Part shown: in pieces, positions 25,417-30,275 of the stretch
Position numbering within the stretch: the first letter of the stretch is position 1
Layout: each line of letters starts with the position of its first letter
Virus record (IMG/VR): IMGVR_UViG_3300020045_007984
Location: 1-30,275 of that record
DNA: 30,275 nucleotides
Source: a virus
Lineage: Duplodnaviria; Caudoviricetes
Reading direction: 5' to 3' (one strand)
Notes under the pieces: model-generated
What the model was told of the DNA's origin: nothing
The model's database searches: none
Seen by the model: the letters and a program-made list of their open reading frames with translations, nothing else
Translations under genes and position numbers: made by a program

Positions 25417-25914
25417 ATGGAAAATAAAAGTATTTATCACATTCAGAACGATCATTTGCAGTTAATGCATTTGATCGAAACCAATGAAGGAGAAATAACT
25501 CCAGAAATTGATAGTCAATTGTCACTTACAAAAGAACAATTTGAAGATAAAGCAACTTCATATGGTTTTTTAATGAAGTCATTAAATGATGACGTTACAA
25601 TAATTAAGCAAGAAATCGATCGTCTTTCTAAAATAGTTTCTGCAAAAAATAAACTAGAAGATGAATTAAAACATCGTTTAGTTTTTGCAATGGAAACATT
25701 TGGCATCGATAAGGTTTCAAAAAACAACCTTACGTTATCTTTTAGGAAGTCTAATCAAACTATTGTTTCTCCAGAAGCCGAAATACCTAAAAAGTACATT
25801 ACTACTGAAATATCTGAAACAGTTAATAAAACTCTTTTAAAATCAGATATTCAACACGGTATTGTTATCCCTGGAGTAGAAGTAAAAGAAATTAATAATT
25901 TACAAATAAAATAA
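25417..25914 (+). CDS. Siphovirus Gp157-family protein
   Basis: Coiled coil, LSFRKS, NKTLLK...G..IPGVE...NLQIK C-terminus. Confidence 0.9.
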   Translation: MENKSIYHIQNDHLQLMHLIETNEGEITPEIDSQLSLTKEQFEDKATSYGFLMKSLNDDVTIIKQEIDRLSKIVSAKNKLEDELKHRLVFAMETFGIDKVSKNNLTLSFRKSNQTIVSPEAEIPKKYITTEISETVNKTLLKSDIQHGIVIPGVEVKEINNLQIK

Positions 25915-25940
25915 TAATTCACTATTAACATTTAAAAATC

Positions 25941-26246
25941 ATGTCACAATTGTATTATGGATCAATCTGTCTAACAGATTTAATTGCAAACGCAAAACTA
26001 CCACATTCAGCATTTACCAAAGGCGCGAATGGTAAGATTTACTGTAACGTCAACATTTGGCTGAATGATGAAGCTGATAAATTTGGGAACGTTATTGGTG
26101 TTCAGTTAAATTCCACAAAAGAAATGAGGGATTCAGAAGGTAAAGTTTATATAGGTAACGCCAAAAAATCAGAACGTCAAGAACCGGAAGCACTAAGCGC
26201 ATCAGCAGCAAGTGAATTGCCAGACGATGACGATCTACCCTTCTAG
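25941..26246 (+). CDS. Single-stranded DNA-binding protein, small phage type
   Basis: Acidic DDDDLPF tail, beta-rich core ending YIGNAK, located beside the recombinase. Confidence 0.78.
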   Translation: MSQLYYGSICLTDLIANAKLPHSAFTKGANGKIYCNVNIWLNDEADKFGNVIGVQLNSTKEMRDSEGKVYIGNAKKSERQEPEALSASAASELPDDDDLPF

Positions 26247-26272
26247 TCAAATCATCAATCGTGTATCAATCT

Positions 26273-26301
26273 ATCCCGGCCTTATCAGTCGGGATTTTTT
26301 T
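26273..26301 (+). terminator. Intrinsic terminator after the recombination module
   Basis: ATCCCGGC-CTTATCA-GTCGGGAT followed by a T-tract. Confidence 0.82.
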
Positions 26302-26326
26302 GTAGCGATAATGTTGCAAATAAACT

Positions 26327-26358
26327 TTTGGTTAATTAATAGGTTAACATTATATTTG
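26327..26358 (+). promoter_or_regulatory. Bacteroidota primary-sigma promoter
   Basis: TTTG (26327-26330), 20-nt spacer, TATATTTG (26351-26358): full consensus. Confidence 0.78.
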
Positions 26359-26379
26359 GTTATTAATTAAAAAAAAGAT

Positions 26380-26556
26380 ATGACTGAAGAATTATTATTA
26401 ATGCGGTTAAACGAAACAAAAGTTTTCGATACCGATAAGTACCTTGATTTACAAGCTACTAAATCAAGATTAAAACGTAACGGTAAAGGAGAATGGATTT
26501 CTACTTTATCAGGTTTCAAAGGTGAAAAAAGTTTAACAGTTAAAAGGATTAGGTAA
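26380..26556 (+). CDS. Small basic protein, probable DNA-binding regulator (58 aa, not in ORF track)
   Basis: MTEELLLMRLNETKVF...LQATKSRLKRNGKGEW...LTVKRIR*; first gene after the promoter. Confidence 0.65.
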   Translation: MTEELLLMRLNETKVFDTDKYLDLQATKSRLKRNGKGEWISTLSGFKGEKSLTVKRIR

Positions 26557-26557
26557 T

Positions 26558-27190
26558 ATGGCAAAGCAAAAGAAACATGAGCTGTTGAAATACGCTTATG
26601 ACAACTATCCAAAGGGGACTAGGTTTGAGCAAATCGGTAGTAAAGAAACGATAGAAAGTAGTGGTTCTTTTTATTTCGGTTCTTATAGAAATAGTCTTTC
26701 GATTTATGATGTTGTGAAATCAGTTATTGTATTCAGTAAACAAACTGAGAAATGGGCAACCATAATCACCAGACCAGAAAAAATAGCCGTTAAGGTTGCC
26801 AACGAAAGAGAGTTTAATCTGCTGATGAAGTTCTATGATAGCAAAGGATGGAAAAGCAGAAGCGAAATAAAATCCACCGATTTAAATTACAATTATTGTA
26901 AAGATCTAAAGCCAAGTATTTTGGCTACTATTTCAAACGGCGTTATGTTTCCTAATTATGATGGCTATAAACGTGACGGAAATGAAGAATATAATCCTGA
27001 TAATTACACTATAATCGATTTCACCGACTTCGCCAAAGAAAATGGGATTGATACTACCTATGACGTGCCTTTAGAAGATGGCACCTGGGCAAGTATTGAC
27101 GGGGATAAAGTGTTACTTACCGATCAGTGTATTACAACTTCCGACATCAAAAAATTATATCATGAGTTGTTTGGAAATGGTTGCTCATAA
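26558..27190 (+). CDS. Hypothetical phage protein
   Basis: 210 aa. NYPKGTRF...KWATII and IAVKVANEREFNLLM segments look modular. Confidence 0.75.
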   Translation: MAKQKKHELLKYAYDNYPKGTRFEQIGSKETIESSGSFYFGSYRNSLSIYDVVKSVIVFSKQTEKWATIITRPEKIAVKVANEREFNLLMKFYDSKGWKSRSEIKSTDLNYNYCKDLKPSILATISNGVMFPNYDGYKRDGNEEYNPDNYTIIDFTDFAKENGIDTTYDVPLEDGTWASIDGDKVLLTDQCITTSDIKKLYHELFGNGCS

Positions 27191-27542
27191 TAGAAAATAC
27201 AAGGATGGACAAAGAATAAATGGCAAAATAATCATTTCTTACAACCTTGATAAAAAATCTTATAAAGCTAAGTGCTTAAAGTGTGGGAACAAAAAACACA
27301 TGGATTTAAATACATTGGAAAGATATAAAAAAGGATGCCCTACATGTCGGCTTACAAATAGAACTATTGCTGTAAAAAATAAAATAGCTATCGTTTTAGA
27401 AATGTATTTTGGTAGGCAAATGATGATAAAGGATATAAGTCTTTCGGTAGGTTTAGGTTATGATAGCGTTTTATACTTCATTAACATTCATGGTTTTGGG
27501 AACGGAGAAAAGACTTTCAAAAGATTAAAATCAGCAGTATGA
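27177..27542 (+). CDS. Zinc-ribbon plus HTH-like protein (start MVAHNRK)
   Basis: CLKCG...CPTC motifs and C-terminal IKDISLSVGLGYDSV helix-turn-helix pattern. Confidence 0.6.
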   Translation: MVAHNRKYKDGQRINGKIIISYNLDKKSYKAKCLKCGNKKHMDLNTLERYKKGCPTCRLTNRTIAVKNKIAIVLEMYFGRQMMIKDISLSVGLGYDSVLYFINIHGFGNGEKTFKRLKSAV

Positions 27543-27721
27543 AAACCCCAATCCACACACTTAAACCCGGCGATACGTTCGCGAATGGCACGCGTAGGGT
27601 TAGAGACAATGACGGCGATAGTATTGGTATTGTCCGTTTCGCTGGCACGCCCGATCAATGGTTCACAAGAATTCACAAACACCAGGATAACTGGAATAAA
27701 ATGGTAGAGAAAGATGATTGA
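27539..27721 (+). CDS. Hypothetical protein
   Basis: 60 aa, overlapping neighbours at both ends. Confidence 0.6.
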   Translation: MKTPIHTLKPGDTFANGTRRVRDNDGDSIGIVRFAGTPDQWFTRIHKHQDNWNKMVEKDD

Positions 27722-28478
27722 GAATAAAAAAACTTTAGTATTTCCTTTTGGATGTGGTGTTAATTCTGTTGCGTTGGCTATTTTAATGGTGAAAAAAGGC
27801 ATTAAGCCCGATTTCACATTGTTTGCAAACACTGGTGGTTTTTCAAACTTAGGCGAGAAAAACGCCACTTACAGATACAAGCGCTTTTTTAGTAAATGGT
27901 TAGTATCAAAAGGTTGGAAGCCGATTACAACAGTTGTTTATAATAGTGAGGGGTTGTATCGTGAAGTCATAAGGTTAAAAACTTTACCATCAATAGCTTT
28001 TGGATGGAAAACATGTAGCCAAAAATGGAAAATACAAGCATCTGACAAATACTTGACGTCAAAAGGCGTTGTGGATCGTAAAAAAATAATTGGTTACGAT
28101 GCTGGTGAAAGTCACCGAACTAATACTGATTATAGTGAGCCAGGTTTAGAGTTGTGGTACCCATTAGTCGATTGGGATTTAGATCGCTTTGATTGTGTTA
28201 AAATAATCATAGATGCAGGCTTGCCTTTACCACCGAAAAGCAGTTGCTTTTTCTGTCCTAATATGAAAGCGCAGAAAATACACGATCTAAAAAAAGATGA
28301 TTTATGCAGGTTTGATAAAGCCATTGAACTTGAAGAAAATGCGCAACAGCGATTAACTAAAATCCGCGGCTTAAGTGGTAAAAAGAAATGGTCGGAGATA
28401 ATAACCATGCCTTATTTACCAATACCGGAAGACCAAATTTTTGAACTTGAGCACATGCCATGCTCATGTAGTTTATAA
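27714..28478 (+). CDS. PAPS-reductase-superfamily (PP-loop adenylyltransferase-like) protein with Cys cluster
   Basis: FGCGVNSVAL PP-loop variant, FANTG, CSQKWKI, IGYDAGESHR, YPLVDW, PPKSSCFFCP and terminal CSCS. Confidence 0.85.
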   Translation: MIENKKTLVFPFGCGVNSVALAILMVKKGIKPDFTLFANTGGFSNLGEKNATYRYKRFFSKWLVSKGWKPITTVVYNSEGLYREVIRLKTLPSIAFGWKTCSQKWKIQASDKYLTSKGVVDRKKIIGYDAGESHRTNTDYSEPGLELWYPLVDWDLDRFDCVKIIIDAGLPLPPKSSCFFCPNMKAQKIHDLKKDDLCRFDKAIELEENAQQRLTKIRGLSGKKKWSEIITMPYLPIPEDQIFELEHMPCSCSL

Positions 28479-28600
28479 AACATATTATAATTCCCGTTAA
28501 ACAGATGTGGTAGGAATTTAGTATATTTGGGGTGTGAAACAGGCCTTGTTTGGTTTGTTTTATTTTTTAAAATAAAATCGTTAACAATAATTAATTTTAT

Positions 28601-28608
28601 TATATTTG
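28601..28608 (+). promoter_or_regulatory. -7 element directly before the HTH gene, possibly leaderless
   Basis: TATATTTG-AAT-ATG. A second TATATTTG lies at 28522-28529. Confidence 0.5.
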
Positions 28609-28611
28609 AAT

Positions 28612-28788
28612 ATGGATGAAAAACTAAGAGAAAAGGTTGAAAATAGAATTCAATCGATGGGCTTCAAAAAAGAATTTGTGGCCAAACAAATAGGACTTGA
28701 TAAAGTCCGTTTTTCGCAAACGCTTTCCGGAGTAAGAAAGATTACTTCTGATGAGCTATCGGCATTGACTAGAATTTTAGCATTGTAA
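28612..28788 (+). CDS. Cro/XRE-type HTH regulator
   Basis: GFKKEFVAKQIGLDKVRFSQTLSGVRKIT is an XRE HTH. Start reassigned to ATG 28612. Confidence 0.8.
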   Translation: MDEKLREKVENRIQSMGFKKEFVAKQIGLDKVRFSQTLSGVRKITSDELSALTRILAL

Positions 28789-28825
28789 TTTTTAGGCTAT
28801 AAACTTTTTAATTAAAATTAATCAA

Positions 28826-29089
28826 ATGAAAAAATCAGAGTTAGAAGCAATTAAAACAAATGCAATAAAATATATCGCTGAAGTAGAAAAAGATATGGGT
28901 TGTTGCGTTCTTGGTGATGGCATATACATATTCAATGGCAAGAGGAATATAATTTTATTCGACCATTATGAGTTAACAGAGTTTCAAGGTGATCTTTCTG
29001 CCTGTATAGCAGATAAGCCGGTTATTGATTGGTTAAATGAAAATCATCCTAAACTTAAATCTTATTTTGATAACGGTATAATCGATTAA
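28826..29089 (+). CDS. Hypothetical protein
   Basis: 87-aa ORF with A-rich leader. Confidence 0.7.
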   Translation: MKKSELEAIKTNAIKYIAEVEKDMGCCVLGDGIYIFNGKRNIILFDHYELTEFQGDLSACIADKPVIDWLNENHPKLKSYFDNGIID

Positions 29090-29092
29090 AAT

Positions 29093-29788
29093 ATGAAAGT
29101 AGATATAATCCCTTTTGGAAAATACCAAGGTAAACCTTTAGAAGTACTTAAACAAGATGTTGAATACGTTAAGTGGCTGCAAACCCAAAGTTGGTTTAAA
29201 TTAAGGTACCAGAATATAAATAATTTAATCATAAATAACTTTGGACAGCCTTCAGAAACTCCGGAACATAACAAAATACAAACGTTATTTTTAAGTAAGG
29301 ATTTTTGCAAACTATTAATAGATTTTATGGTAGATAATGAACTGCTTCAAAAATTCTATTACATAGAAAAAAAGATAAAAAACGATACTTCAGAAATGTT
29401 AATACCGATACCGAGTTTAACATATTTAGAACACTCTCTTAAAATTACTAAACCAGTAGTACCTTTATATACCACAGTTAAAGAGAAGGTGTTTTATAAT
29501 TATGACTACCTGAATGTTTTTTTTGAGATTGACGGTATTGATGTTATTCTACAGCTTAAAGAGGCTACGTTACATATTGAGATTAAACCAAATTTATCTG
29601 ATGACTATCCTGCTGTATTAAGGCAGATGATGGCTAACAAAAGCAACGTATTATTAATTGCTTCCTTTGATGCTATAGGTGCAAATCTGAACCAGGTTAA
29701 AGAGATATTCTTTAAATCGAAAATAAGAGTTTTATTACTTACTGATTTTTACAATTTTGATATGGAGGTTACTGATGGCTACAGGTAA
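29093..29788 (+). CDS. Protein with N-terminal PFGKY (DUF3820/ExoX-C-like) domain and putative PD-(D/E)xK nuclease domain
   Basis: IPFGKYQGKPLEVL...YVKWL, SETPEHNKIQ, and FE..G.DV...HIEIKP. Confidence 0.6.
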   Translation: MKVDIIPFGKYQGKPLEVLKQDVEYVKWLQTQSWFKLRYQNINNLIINNFGQPSETPEHNKIQTLFLSKDFCKLLIDFMVDNELLQKFYYIEKKIKNDTSEMLIPIPSLTYLEHSLKITKPVVPLYTTVKEKVFYNYDYLNVFFEIDGIDVILQLKEATLHIEIKPNLSDDYPAVLRQMMANKSNVLLIASFDAIGANLNQVKEIFFKSKIRVLLLTDFYNFDMEVTDGYR

Positions 29789-30275
29789 AAAATCTTTCGT
29801 GCTATATGCCGATTTAATCCACACCTTCGAAAGTTTAACAGATGAAGAAGCTGGAAAACTAATTAAAACAATACTTCAATACGTTAATGATCAAAACCCT
29901 GAAGTTGAAGATAAAATCATAAAAATAGCATTTGAACCGATAAAGCAACAACTTAAAAGAGACTTGAAAAGGTATGAGATAATCATAGAAAAACGTTCTG
30001 CAGCAGGTAAAAAATCAGCAGAATTAAGAGGCAACACAAGTCAACAAGTGTTAACAAGTGTTAACAAAGCTCAACAAATTCAACAAGTGTCAACTGATAA
30101 TGTAAATGATACTGTTAATGTAAATGAGATAAACAATAATATAAGTGCAGCTAAAGCGGCACCTATTGACTTCGTAAAGTTTATTAATTTGTTCAATTCA
30201 TTTGCTAATCGAAAATTTAAACTCAACGATAAAATAAAAAAAGCACTTACCGCCAGATCAAAGAACTACACACCA
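29775..30275 (+). CDS. Replication initiator (DUF6291-type N-terminus), 3'-truncated
   Basis: MATGKKSFVLYADLIHTFESLTDEEAGKLIKTILQYVN...IAFEPIKQQLKRDLKRYE...RSAAGKKS; open to the window end and contains internal repeats. Confidence 0.85.
   Translation, partial: MATGKKSFVLYADLIHTFESLTDEEAGKLIKTILQYVNDQNPEVEDKIIKIAFEPIKQQLKRDLKRYEIIIEKRSAAGKKSAELRGNTSQQVLTSVNKAQQIQQVSTDNVNDTVNVNEINNNISAAKAAPIDFVKFINLFNSFANRKFKLNDKIKKALTARSKNYTP
30041..30095 (+). repeat. Iteron-like ~10-bp tandem repeats, putative replication origin
   Basis: TCAACAAGTG TTAACAAGTG TTAACAAAGC TCAACAAAT TCAACAAGTG TCAAC inside the initiator gene, followed by AT-rich AATGTAAATGA x2. Confidence 0.75.

Larger units (their letters stand above)
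1..30275. mobile_element. Siphovirus genome segment (phage or prophage), probable Bacteroidota host
   Basis: Head, tail, lysis, early and replication gene order throughout; no bacterial housekeeping genes seen. Confidence 0.93.

Noticed and set aside
27714-28478. Calling this gene cysH, a sulfur auxiliary metabolic gene
   Set aside because: The PP-loop is divergent, the CysH C-terminal ECGLH motif is absent, and the context is DNA metabolism.
25325-29310. - strand track ORFs in the early arm (25325-25525, 25515-25727, 26367-26612, 27488-27868, 28130-28408, 29086-29310)
   Set aside because: They are antisense to recognised or better-supported + strand genes.
30041-30095. Tandem repeats as a CRISPR array
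   Set aside because: Units are about 10 bp with no unique spacers and lie inside a coding gene.
1-30275. tRNA or rRNA genes
   Set aside because: No cloverleaf or T-loop signature seen in the intergenic gaps. A tRNAscan-SE run would be needed to confirm.

Overview
An AT-rich segment of a lambda/HK97-like siphovirus or prophage. The host is probably Bacteroidota, judged from TTTG-N19/20-TAnnTTTG promoters, signal peptides ending at Gln and a DUF6291-type initiator. From left to right the window holds: the end of the prohead protease, major capsid, head-tail joining genes (the head-closure gene is frameshifted), a four-gene antisense insertion, tail tube, G/GT chaperone with a -1 slippery site, a 673-aa tape measure, tail-tip and fibre genes including an SGNH esterase, two signal-peptide fibre-like proteins, an unannotated Cys/Trp-rich 56-aa peptide plus three membrane proteins, an M15 endolysin cluster, a leftward array of small genes with a Dam-like m6A methyltransferase, a divergent promoter region, and a rightward early arm (YopX, C5 methyltransferase, Sak4/Gp157/SSB, PAPS-reductase-family protein, HTH, replication initiator with iterons). 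No integrase, CI-type repressor, tRNA or CRISPR array was seen. The best candidate for an undescribed system is the block at 13564-17202, between the tail fibres and the endolysin. All family calls come from motif recognition and gene order; no database search was run.
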